Assembly (NCBI RefSeq): GCF_009914755.1
Contig: NC_060930.1
Length of the DNA: 64,000 nt
DNA from: the human T2T-CHM13v2.0 reference genome, Homo sapiens
Direction: 5' to 3' (one strand)
Part shown: in pieces, positions 14,633-27,475 of the stretch
Layout: each line of letters begins with the position of its first letter
Position numbering within the stretch: the first letter of the stretch is position 1
Translations under genes and position numbers: made by a program
Notes under the pieces: generated by a model
Databases searched by the model: none
The model's input: the letters and a program-made list of their open reading frames with translations, nothing else
Told to the model about the DNA's origin: nothing

Positions 14633-17600
14633 AAATTTCTGAGGGAGTAATAGCGTGGTCTGTGATGACAAAACTAAAAATAATTTATTACATTTTATTT
14701 TCCAACGTTAATCCATTAAATCAAAGGTCACTGGGGCAGAGGTCTTATTTTCAAATAATATATATTTATTATAATAAATAAATGTATTTATAAATTCTTC
14801 CTTTCCATACCTCTATAAATGTGCCTATTTCTGTAAGTTTAAAGTAAGTTCCTTACAACTAATTATTTCTGTTTACTGATGACAGGTATGACAATTTTAT
14901 ATGGAATGAAACATGTTCTGATTCAAAGAGAAGTAGTTCTTCCAAAGTAGCTGAAAGCTGATTCACAACACAGGAGTTTGCCTTTTACAGGCAGACATGA
15001 TGTTATAAAATGTCAGATGGCCAACATTTTTGCGATGGGGGTGTGAGAGATTCTTCTCAAATGACGCACGCCTCTCTTGGGTATTATCGAACTAGAAACT
15101 GGAATGCCCCCTTTAAGACAAGGAAAGTTTGGAAGAAAGGCGCCACAACGCCAGTCAGAGCTGGCGGTTTTCTCAGCAATGCCTGATGCAAGCTCGAGCT
15201 TTGACAGCAGTAGCTGGACTCCAACTCTTCGTAAAGGTGCAGCTTAACTCAGGCACTGCTAGAGAGCCTTGGAGAGAATTACAGACGTTTAGAGTGGCAG
15301 GAATGCCTGGTATGGCTCCTTGGTTTGAGTCAGGGCAGAGGGAAAGCAGCACACACTTCAGTCAGAGCATAGCCTGGCCTAAAACATGAGACTGTATTCT
15401 GTTCTCTCACCCAGAGTCTTGATTAAAAATATTCTTTGCCCATTTAAGAGCTTGATGTGCAGAACCCTTTCCTGATAGCATTGATTCTGGCTCGGTTTTA
15501 TAATTTCACTGTATGTGGGAGGAGTAGTTAGGAGGGCAGAGAAAGCAGCACCAAAAAGATCCACACTTGCTATGACTGAAGCTCATTCCATAGGGAAGAT
15601 AACAGAGAGCCTTGGAGAGAAGCCACCACGTTGTCCCTCTGTGGGTCCCCCAGCTGTGGTGGCATTAATACTACTGTTGATAAGGGTGGTGGCCACCTGT
15701 TGGGAACCCTGGGGAGATCTTAAGAGCTTCAGCAGGAAAGTTTCTGCAAGGTTTCAGGCGGATGCATTTAAGCCATCAGCACTCAGGGTCTTGGAGCTCT
15801 GGACATTGGATAGCAGATAATGTCCGCCTCACTGCCCATCTGGTGACCCTAACCTCAATCTGGGGAAATCGCTTCTCTATGAAAGATAACTTCGGCTCTG
15901 TGACAGCTCCACCCCAACCCTCGCTAAGAGGAGGGCCAATACATCATGTTGACTTATGACTGCTGGGGTTTGTATCCCAGATCACTATCCGTGAGGATTT
16001 CCTAAGCCACTGGACCAGAGTCCACATGTGCAGAGATGAGTTGAAGTGCTGAACAAAACACACGCCCTGAGCTACAGCTGCAGTAGCACCTTTTGGGGGA
16101 AGGAAGCCGAGATCTTTCTTAAGCATAATGAGGACAAGCACATGCAGTGGGTTCCTTGGTGTCGGCAACTCCTGTGTGAAACAGAGGAGTTCCTGCATGC
16201 TGGCTACGTGGGCACAGGGCATGGTAGGGAAAAGTGAGCTGGGGTAAATGGGGTGTGCTCACTTTGTTCTCTCTCTCTGCCTCCTCTGTCCCTGCCTCCA
16301 CCCCTCTGGCTCTTGCTCTTCCTCAGGGAGAGCAGATGTTTTAACTGATAGTTTGTAAATATTCTTAAGGCAGACAGTTGCTACCTGACTTCACCTTTCT
16401 TATCTCCAGTTCCACCCGAAAGTGGTAACACAGCATATCCAAACATGCCTTGTCATACCAAAGAGAAGTCTGTAGCTCAGCTAGTTAGAGACTTGCATTC
16501 AAAAGAAAAAAAAAAAACTTAAAGTTGCTTTTTTATACGGCTTTTTCTGTGCTGGGTGGAAGTCCATTCAAAGCTACTTTGTATAAATAAAGAAATACAA
16601 TCCTCTTCCCTACTCCCCAATAAAGCTGTGGGGCAGCACGCTGGCCACTGTGCCTGGATGCGCCTGCTGGCATCTGCCGAGGTGTCCTGCCCCACAGCTG
16701 CCAGGTGTACTGTGGGGACATCATTCACCTCCTGGGCATCACACTGGTGTGAAAGCAGCCCAGGGCTGAGCTGCACTTGAGGACCCCATGGCACAGGCTT
16801 GGTTCGCACTCAGCTCACCAGTGGCCGCAGGGCCAAGGCTGTTTTATTTTTGGCACACTGTGAAGTTGTATTTCTCCCACAACTTGATGTTCAGATCTAT
16901 GTTTAAGACTTAGAGTAATCATATTTCTCTTTTCCTTTTCTTTCACCTTCGGCATTAGCTTCTTGTAAAAATGAATTTAAGAACATTGTCCTTGCAAACC
17001 AGATTATGTGTTTCTGAAAGTCTGTGCACCCTGACTTTCTAAGGCTCATTCATCACCCTATTCATCATCACCTATCATTTGTCTGCCACAGTGACAGGCA
17101 CGAGGAAGATATGACAGCAAGACAAGACCTCGTTCTTGACTCCAACAAGTTAACGTTTTTGCTAAGGGGACAAGATCAACGCTGATGATACAGTGAGTCA
17201 ACAACACAAGGTTGTCTCCAGGCTGACTTGGGGCTGCTGGCTGTAAATGTAACAGAGCAATCAGAAGGAGAAAGAGGACCGCAGGGGTGGGGGCAGCCTG
17301 AATAAAGGCACTGAGATTCAAGGCGGGGTGGGTGTGGGGGTAAGGCAGCCCTGCCTGAGGAATGCACAGGAAACCAGGTTCTGGGCACTCTGAGGCTGGC
17401 AGAGTGGTGTGGGCTCCATGGGGGTGGGCAACAGAGAGCCACTGAGGGTAACTGAGCAAGAGCGTGTCTGTGAGGAAGGAAGGTCAGTACGGGAGTACCA
17501 TTCAAGATGGTCTGTTGGAGCAAAAGGAGGAAATCAGCAAGACCAACTAGAAAGAAACTTCAAAAAATTAAAGGAACACCCCAGAAAGGAAGAGGGCCAG

Positions 17601-18489
17601 GACAGGTGGATGCGGAGCGTGAAAATATCTGTGTTGTGATGTCACTGAAAAGAGTAAATTACCAAATGCACCGGGAGTTTTGAGCACAGTGTCCAGTGTG
17701 TAATACGTACGCGGTAAGTGCTCACTCCTGAACTTCCGTTGTTGTGGGTATTTTCATGTGTGAGAAGAGAAATACGTAAATTGGAAGTAATAAACACAGT
17801 CCCTGCCTGCGTGGAGCTTGCTTTGTGGATTAATATTAAGGCCACCTGGCTATGACAGCATTTGTTCTATTGTTTTGGCGGCGGTGGAGAGGGGGGCGGG
17901 GGTGAGGGGTGTGAGGGTTCAAGTACATACTTGTTCTTCCTAAAAAGTACCTTTGAAACTGAGTCATTGAATGGTTGTGTTATTAAAGCATTTAATAGTA
18001 CTACTCATGTTGAAAATGCTGAAGAAAGCCAAGGTGGAAATTTCCCACCTCAGTAACTTTTGATGGTAGGATACTAGTTCTATAGATAATTATTAAATAC
18101 CACTAAACGACAAAGCGATGACTACTGAACATTTTGACCAGTAAGTGTTGATAGCTGACCACATGTCAGGCCAGGCACTGGGGATACAAATGGAACAAAA
18201 CACCTTCCCTATGCTTAAAGAGCCAAAAAGACAGTGGTAGAAATAGACACAAATAATCAGAGTACAGGTGCACAGAGCCTTTCCAAAGCCTCCGGAGAGC
18301 TTGGAGTTGAGATGTTTTGGCTCGTAGAGACACAAGGTGATGGGCACAAAACACACAGGTGGACATTTGCCCTGTGCTGCCAGGACAGGCTGAGTTAGGC
18401 TTGTCCTGGTGCTGCCTCTGTCCCCTGCCCCTTGTACTCTCGATAGGCAGGTGGTAAGTTTGTAGTTACCCTAATCCCATCTTTCTGAG

Positions 18490-18702
18490 CAGCCCCAGCA
18501 CCATCTGGCCAGCACACCATAATCAAACGTGAATATTCCTTCAGCAAAATGTATGAACAGTTACAGTAAGTGATAAGAAGACAGACTACATAATTAGTCT
18601 TGTGTCAGGTTGGGCCAGATTTTGTAGGAGAATGGGTTTTAAGGGAAGTTTTGATTTTCCCTGAGCTCTTTGGATTTTGGAATCACGGATAATGGACTAC
18701 GC
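18490..18702. mobile_element. Tigger-type MITE fragment (MER46C-like)
   Basis: ataatcaaacg...aaaatgtatgaa...ctctttggattttggaatcacggataatggact resembles a recalled Tigger MITE end. Confidence 0.4.
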
Positions 18703-20558
18703 ATGGTGTGGGGCTGTAAGTGTGGGTGTCCATGGCAACAGAAGAGAGAACGTCTAGCTCACTCCTGGGAAGCTGGAGGACTTTCCAGAGGAAGTTCCAG
18801 TAAACCTGAGACCTGAGGGAGGAGGAGAGGTAGCTTCAGGAGAGTTTGGGAACTGGGGAGGGCAGGAATGACCATCAAGTTGCAGTCCTGGCAGGCGGCT
18901 GGGCACCCAGCAATCTGGGGCTAGACCCACACAGCAATGAGAAGGGTGGCGGCGCAGCAGGAAGGCCCTTGCAAGAACAGGTGCATCTGGGGGGCATTAA
19001 GCCCTGAAGAAGTTTTAGGGTGAGTTGAATTCGTCATTGTTGAATAGCAATTAACCGGTTGTTGATAAGGTGCCTGGAAGTTGGAACTAATATGGGAGGA
19101 AATAGAATGATTGGTACTATAGCGGGCAGGCCTCAAATTGTTGGGGCAATGAATGAAGTGAACAGATTTTCATTCATTTCGATTCTCAAGGGTTGTTATG
19201 GTTTTGTATATTAATCAGATGTATATATTGTGTATGATCAGATGTGTGCGGTGTGCTGGCACCATCGCGGCACAGCTGATGATTCTGAGGGGAGGTGGTG
19301 GGCAGGTGCTGAGGCAGGAATACAAGAAGTAAGCCACAAAGGCAGGCACTCCAGAGGCAGCAGCACAGGCTTAGTGACTGATCAGAGGTGGGGGCAGCAA
19401 GGCAAACAGGGGAGTCAAGGGAAGTGTCCATGCTGTTCTGCCCATGTGTTCTAACCTGAGGCCTGTGAAAAATACTTGTCTCTTTCCTCATGCGTTTCTT
19501 TATTCTAACTGATGAGAACGATGCTGAAGTCTGACTAACATACTTCACCACTGTTTTCTTTTTGTTGTAAAGTCACACATGTTCGCTAATGAACATTTGG
19601 AAAACACAAACCAGCGGAGGAGAACCCCTCGCAGGCCCATCATGAACACAACACTGCTGTTAACAGTTTTGCTGGAACGAGGCTGGGAGCACGAGGCGTC
19701 CGCAGCACGTGGCTGATTCCCAGCGTTTGCTCACCTGTGTGTAGGTTTCCTTATATGGTTGTGATCATACTGTTTGCGCATTTTTATGCTTCTTTTTTCA
19801 CCCATCATTTTATCCCAGACACTTCCCTGAGCTACTACTCCATAGTCTGAATGGACACGGACTTTAATGGATTTGCTGCATGGTGGCATTTGGAAGGACT
19901 GTGCTCAGTTATCCCCTATGGTTGGACACTATGCTGTCGAACAGATCTCTAAACCTGAAGGAAATTGCTTTAAAGGCCTACTCTCATGGCAGTATTTTCG
20001 GGAAGGCAAGGAAGCATTTGGCATCTCATACTGGTTCCTAACTTATAGCCTTCCGAAGTCTCTTGCTGTCAACTGAATCAGGCACGGAAACATTTATAAC
20101 TGGTAGTTTGTGGATAACAGAGTAGTATTTTAGCAGTTAAGTGAATCTCAAGTTTCAGTGCCTCTCAAATGTTGCTTACCCAAAATTTCAATATTAGTGT
20201 TGGTTGTGAATAGAAGGAATTAAAATTACATCTCCATTGTGCTCACCAGAACCACGTCTCTGCTAACCATACTTTTTAATGTGACTTTAAGGAAGCAAAA
20301 CCAAGTCATAAGGTTTTGAGGTCAAAATGTGAGCTGAAAATATTTTGATTTTTAAAAATATCTATCTGTTGATCCATCTATCTATGTATTGCTCAGAAAT
20401 ACTTCTCGGTCTCACAGAAGAGGGGAGGAAAGGCTTCAGTGACAGACTGAACAGCCACACAGTTGAGAGAAGTAATCATAGGACACTCTCTCAAAGGCCC
20501 TGCTCCAGAGCCCTCTCCTCCATGGCGTTGTCCAGGGTGAGCAACCAGATGGAGGTGG

Positions 20559-20872
20559 GCTCCCCACCTTCCTCCTCCCAGGCAGCCTGGCATGGCCCAC
20601 CACACACAGGCCTGGGAGGAGCTCCCCACCTTCCTCCTCCCAGGCAGCCTGGCATGGCCCACCACACACAGGCCTGGGAGGAGCTCCCCACCTTCCTCCT
20701 CCCAGGCAGCCTGGCATGGCCCACCACACACAGGCCTGGGAGGAGCTCCCCACCTTCCTCCTCCCAGGCAGCCTGGCATGGCCCACCACACACAGGCCTG
20801 GGAGGAGCTCCCCACCTTCCTCCTCCCAGGCAGCCTGGCATGGCCCACCACACACAGGCCTGGGAGGAGCTC
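20559..20872. repeat. Minisatellite, 62-bp unit x5 perfect copies
   Basis: gctccccaccttcctcctcccaggcagcctggcatggcccaccacacacaggcctgggagga starting at 20559, 20621, 20683, 20745, 20807. Confidence 0.97.
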
Positions 20873-22514
20873 TGCCACTCACCCACTCTTCTGAAAGACA
20901 CATGTGAGTAGCACCCAGATTTGGACGTTGGAAAGTGCGCTTGCACTGAAAGCAATTTTACATATGGTAACTAGACGCAGTTAAAATATTTTCATTAGTA
21001 TTTCAGGCATGTTATTGGGAAAATAGGCTTGTGTTGGCAGGGCTGGGGCCCTCGTATCATTTAAAACACGCTTTCTGGGAGAAAAAGGTTTTCAAGTACC
21101 AAATCTGTTATTGCACCAAAGACTTCACAAACTAGGCTACATCCTTACTATTCACATGCGTTATTAAACATTTTCTGGAGTAAGGTAAGGTATAAATAAA
21201 TGAAATACAAATAAACAAAAAACAAATACAGCACTCATCCGATTTTAATGGCATAGAAAGGAAATATCCAGAAGTATCAAGTGGGAAAGGTGCTTGTCCA
21301 CACCCTCCTGGGGCTCTGAGGGCCATAAAGAATCAGCCATTTGCTCACCATCCACAGAAAAGCGTGAAACAAAATGCGGCATCTGTGTATATCTCAAAGG
21401 TAGGGAAGGAAACAACTCGAAGGCTGTAACTTTCCCGACACTTGAGACGTCACTCCTTTGCAAGGCAGCATTCCCAGCAGGCAGCGAAGCGTGTTTGGAG
21501 AAGCTGGAGGGCAGATGAGGAGTGGAGGGAAGGCGGGTAGGGGGCTTGCACTCGAAACCACCTCTGAAGGCGTTGTCAATACAGCAACAGCAACGAGGAC
21601 AAACATGCCACACGGTGGGTCCAAGTCTGAACTGCCCGGGGCTAAGTCAGTCACCGCACAATCGAGTATGGTGTAGCTCCAAAGAATGGATCGGGCGAGA
21701 GCCCCACTGCATCAGATAACTGGTGCATCAAATGGTTTAGATCTTGGGAAAAGCAGGTTTGGGTTTTCCTCAAACCATGCCTATTATAAACTGCCGGTAG
21801 AATATTCCTTTTGAATTAAAATCTCATAGTCTATTCTAAGAACTCCAAGGGCACATGAAAGAAAGGCCAGTGAGCGCCGGGGGCCTCTGGGCCTGGCTGG
21901 CGTTCCTCTGAGTACTGCCATCTGAAACAGCAAAAGGCCAACCGGGGTCACGTCTCTGTATGCTGCATCTCACAGCTTTGGGTTTTAAATGTAAAAAAGA
22001 AGCACCTTTACATGGTAAGTAAGTGTGTCCAGTCATACACTAAAAGGACAAAAAGCCATTGTCAGGTGCTGTGGTGACATGTTCAGTTGGGCCCTGACCC
22101 TTCCTACTTCCAGAAAATCCCTCAAAGCCTTCATACCTGGTGCCTGTGTCACTGGAAAAGAGGGTGCAGCTGTCTGATGTCCCCTGATTGCCGAGAACCG
22201 TGTACACTGACTCAGCTCCACAGGTAGGCATGACAGGTTATGTCCCCTGAATGCACAGCAGGTGTCTGACTGCTGGTTTATAGATTCAGACCATTAAGTA
22301 GGTGCAGATACACCCACTGCAGCACTGAGAAAAGGCAGGAGACAGTGTCTACAGAACCAGAGTGCCAGCCACCCTTGTAGTGCTGCTGCTGAGGGGCCTG
22401 GCTAGAAAGTGCTTAGAGCAGCTGTCCTTAGAGGCTAATGTGCAGAAGGGCAAAGTTTTTGGGTGACCCAGTGCACGTGATCTGGGAGGAAAGTTGCAGA
22501 GGCTTCGTGGGGGA

Positions 22515-22660
22515 GCACGGCCTGGAAACTGGCTGTGCCACTAGCACACAGCGTGACCTTGGGCAAGTCACTCGGCTTCCTGGTGGCCCAATTTCCTCAT
22601 CTGACATGACAACAGTGAAGATCATGTTCCCTGAGCAGCTGGAGGAAGTGACAATGAGGC
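22515..22660 (+). mobile_element. MIR fragment
   Basis: gtgaccttgggcaagtcact...tttcctcatctg core. Confidence 0.75.
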
Positions 22661-25279
22661 TCTGTGCTGGAGAAGCCACGGTGGCAAAGGCCAACATCTC
22701 AGAGGTGACGTGTTGCCTGGCCCCCAGGACCAGGAGAAGCCCTTAATGCTTGGAGCTGATTGTCACAGATGGAAGGAGAAGTGGACAAGTAACGTGGGTG
22801 GGCCTTGGCTCCTCTGTTCCCCAAGGCACAAACCCACTCCTCTGGCTGCCCTTACATGGCTATTTAGACTGCTGCTTACATGAGAGTACGTGCAAAAAGA
22901 AGAACTTATTGAGAATTAATGCTGTAACTAGGATTTAGAGATGGGACTGAGAGTTATGTTTCAAAACCAGAGCTTGAAGTTTGGGGAGAAAACAAATGTC
23001 TCTTCTCTCAACAAATACAGTCCTTTGGTTGGGCTAAACCTGCCTAACTCGACTGAGGCAGGGTATCTATGGAGGAAGAGTTTTTGCTTCATGCAGCAGC
23101 TTTTGGCTTAACTGCAGAATTATTTCTGGAAATAGTTAATAAAAATCACACATATATATAAACCGATAACATAAAACCCCAAACCATACAAGTACACTTA
23201 AAATAAATGACTTTGGGTATTTAAAAATTGTTTTTATACTGCTGAAGTCCCTGAAGTCAGAGCCCGTGCTACAGCTGTACGCTTCCCAAGAATCACTGCT
23301 TGTCAACACTGCTCCTGCAGAGGAAGACTGTTTACCTCCACTCTGCCTGTCAAGTTGACTTTGTCTCTAAATGCTCTGCTTTTTATTACTACCCTCCACC
23401 AGACCGGGGAAAACATTTGTGTATGTGTATATTCCTGAGAAGCTTAACCACATTACTGCTGAGAACACAGCAGATCTACTCATCAACTTGGTAAAGAAAC
23501 CAATCACACTGATTGATCAGATGCCTAAAACAGCTAGTTGATTTTCTTTTCCACGTCTGCGGCATTCATTCAGTCCCTAAACCCTGAGCAGCCACCTGCT
23601 CTGGACCTGCCGTGGTATAACCAGGCTGTGGTCAGACCTGATGGAGCTTCCGCCTATCAGAGAACTGTGTAGGGACAATGCCCTCTGGGGCTTCACCAAA
23701 AACAACCAAAACACACGTCTGCCCTGACATGGCAGATACACTTTTGAGGTTCCCCTTGGGAATGGTCCCCCTAGACCTGGAGCTCTCCGAGGATGGGGTC
23801 AGGGAAGCTGAGACTACCTAGGCACAAAAATCTTGACGTCTACATTTCTATCATCAATTTAACTTCAATCGGTAAATGATCTGGTGATACTGCCAAGCTC
23901 AATGTCCAGGTCCTAAGCACACCCTCCCTTGCAGGGCGGGGGTGTGAATGGCTCTTATGTTCCATTGGGGAGGGCGGATGTCAAGCTCTTCCAAAGCACC
24001 CCTGTGAGTTTGTGGAGGGCTTAACGACAGACTTGTGAAGGGGTTGACTACATATCGTCAGAAATTATACCAATGACAGTTTTAATCACTGGACATGAAC
24101 ATTTACAAAATACGTACACCTATGAAAGGATGTGCCAAGCCAAGCAAAAACTTGGGGCTGGAGAAGAAAGGAGCCGGACCTGGCAGTTCAGCTTTGTTTT
24201 CTCCGCATGGACAGCTGGACAGGCACAATTCCCTACAACTACATACATGATGTATTCTGAGCATTTTCCCCTGGGGGGAATCAGCTTTTATCTAATTCTT
24301 CAAGAGGTGAATGAAACCAACAAGGTTAGGGACAACCCAACTGTGTGCATCATTCCCTGACTGCAGCCCAGGGCACAGCTGCCCCCACTTACCGAGGCTT
24401 GGCCAGCCTCAGAGCCGGCTGCCTCAGGATCCCTGCAGAGTCCTACGTTTCCAGGGTCCACCGCTCAAGTGGTTTGAGGATGAATCCTGGAAGACTGTAT
24501 TTTCAACAGCTTTCTGGATGAGTCTGACGTACTAGGCTTAAGAACCATGGACTAGGGTAGCCACCCTTGACAAAGGATGCCTGCGGTTTTGCTTAAAGTA
24601 GTAGTATTGCCTGAGAAGAAATGGGTTGCCTCTTTAAGAACACTTGGGTAACCCACCCATCCACAACAGCTCTGATGATTACAGGCAAAATGAAACACAT
24701 GGGTGGGAAATAAATGTACAAACTCATTTTGCCAGTTTGCACCAAATCTGTGTATTTGTGGCCTGTGATTTTGGAGATACTACTCTGCAATTTTTGCACA
24801 CGTTATGTCTAGGTATGGTTTTCCATCCACCTTGCTTATCTCTGTGCTATCAGCCTGTCTTTGCCTCTGACACCCCGGCTGCCTGCATACCCCTTCCGTG
24901 CCCCTTAAGTGACTTGGGAAACTTGTGGAAAGCCATCTTTTCCGTCCGATTTTGTGCAGCATGGATGAAAGTCCCTGTTGATTCTAAGGAATGAGCTGGG
25001 TGGAGGGACAGTTTTTCTGGCATAGTGAAGGCCCCACCCGAGCACCAGCCAAACGGTGGCTGCTGAGAGCAGCACTGCACAGTCACCAGCCGAACATGCC
25101 CCCCAAAGCCCCATCCGGCCCCTCGCCTGAGCCTTCATTAACACCCAACACTTCTCCTCTGTTTACAAGTTTATGACTGCAGCCTACTCTCTAACCCTCT
25201 TCAATGTTTAGAAACGGACTCTAAGATCAAGAGAAAACTGCAAGAGATTGGAGGTTTGGGGCTTCAGATATAGAAGGTA

Positions 25280-25338
25280 TAGAAGATGCTGGAAAATTCA
25301 GTCAGATACAGAAGATGCTGGAAAATTAAGTCAGATTA
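25280..25338. repeat. ~29-bp tandem duplication
   Basis: agaagatgctggaaaattMagtcagat occurs twice in tandem. Confidence 0.8.
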
Positions 25339-27097
25339 ATCCAGACTCTTGGTTTGAGGAATTCTTTTCTTTGATAGTAATCACACTATTCTGCAATACT
25401 CCGGTATCTTTGATCATAAGATCTCAACATGCTTCACAAACACTAATTTAACCTCCCACTACTTTTGTGAAGTTTATCATAATCATCCTTCACTTAGGAG
25501 ATAGGGAAGCTGAGATGACGTGTAAAGTAGAAGATGTAAGTAGCTAAATGAACTTTGAAGTGCTGTGTTCTTATCTTAGCTCCTAATTATTTTGACTGAA
25601 GTGTTTTTTCTTATTTCCTTCAGATGAATAAACTGATATCGATGGTTTACATAAACAACAGAAACTGCAAAACACACATTCCTAACTTGCTCCCTATAAC
25701 TAAGCCTGGGGTGCAAAATGTCACTCACATGGAGAGAAGACGCAGCAGACATAATGGCTTATCATCAACTCAGGGTTTGAAACAAATACCCACTTTACTT
25801 TGATGTCTCTGATGCTGACCACAAAGTATGAGGGTATCGGAAAGCTCAGAAGTTCAGACAGAAGTTCAATTGTCTGAAAAAGTTATAAAGATGGAGAAAG
25901 GGAAAAAGCAAAAGGGTTGAATTCTTTAAAAAAAAAACCAAGATCATGAAACAGGCAGAAAGGAAGAGGAGAATATTTCTAGCAAGCAATAGGTTATTAA
26001 GTTTGGATTTCAATAGAGGTTGTTAGCAGAACAATATAAATATTACTTAGTTGGAGGGCTGAGGAGAAAGTGGTGTGAATCAGAAAGCCTGACCAATGTC
26101 CGTGGATGACCAGGGACACGGGGCAGACACAAGGCCGTTTCTGCTGCAGATAGTGAGAAGGCCATGCCATCATATCTGCGTTTCTCCCAAAGCAACAAAT
26201 CCATCAACACAAGACTATGTAGAATCCAGCCACGGATGTCAGACTGACAAGTCAGAAATGTGGTAGATCCATAGTGGCCACTCTCAAGGACAAGCAACTG
26301 ACTCTGTTTTATGTTTTGCCAAATAAACCCACAGGCCAGCGGGTGGGCGCTAGCCTTTTCATAAGTATGCCAAGTCAAACCACCATTAAAACCATTCCCT
26401 TGGCCACTGCGGTCCCTGTGGGATGAAGTGTCCTCGCCTCCACTGGACTCCAGTGTGTGTTATCTTTTCACCTCCTTCCTGGGAAGAGTTGGTGGTTGCT
26501 CAGCACCACATGTGACGACTAGGCACAGGCCCTGGCTGCTCCTGGCACCCACCACCGGCCCACGCTGGGATCCAGTGCTGGCACTGTTTGCTCTGCGTCT
26601 CCGCCCCGTGGCTCCTTCCCACTGCCCACCCCCGCCAGCTGAAAGAAGAGACAATGTATTGGCACTGACGGCCATCCCCATCCTACCTTTAGGAGGAGGT
26701 GGTGATGCATGAAGATAATATTTCGTCTTGCCAATAGACAAACAGGCTTTTTGGATCAATGGGACACACACACACACACACATACACGTACGTGTGTTTG
26801 TGCTGCATTTTACAGTTGTGCCAAACTGCATGAAATTGGCTTTTCTCTCATCTCAATTTGGCGGCATGAAGCACAAACATCTCAAAGGAAAATCAGCAAC
26901 TGTTTTTATCCATAGTCTCTTCTCTTTTTCTTATTCATCTGATCCACGGGCCTATCTGAGTTCTTATTTTTTCACATCCTCACTGTAAGTTAACAGTTTT
27001 GGTAAGACAGGCATACTCAATCAGGCCATTTCTCTTCATGTGGGAATTAGATACTTGTTTTAGAAAACATATCCAAAGACTATTCTAGTGCATTTGA

Positions 27098-27475
<378 letters not shown>

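Noticed and set aside
20559-20872. CRISPR-like array of palindromic repeats and six overlapping ORFs of 63-188 aa
   Set aside because: Units are identical with no unique spacers, no cas genes, eukaryotic intron; the ORFs arise only because the unit lacks stop codons.
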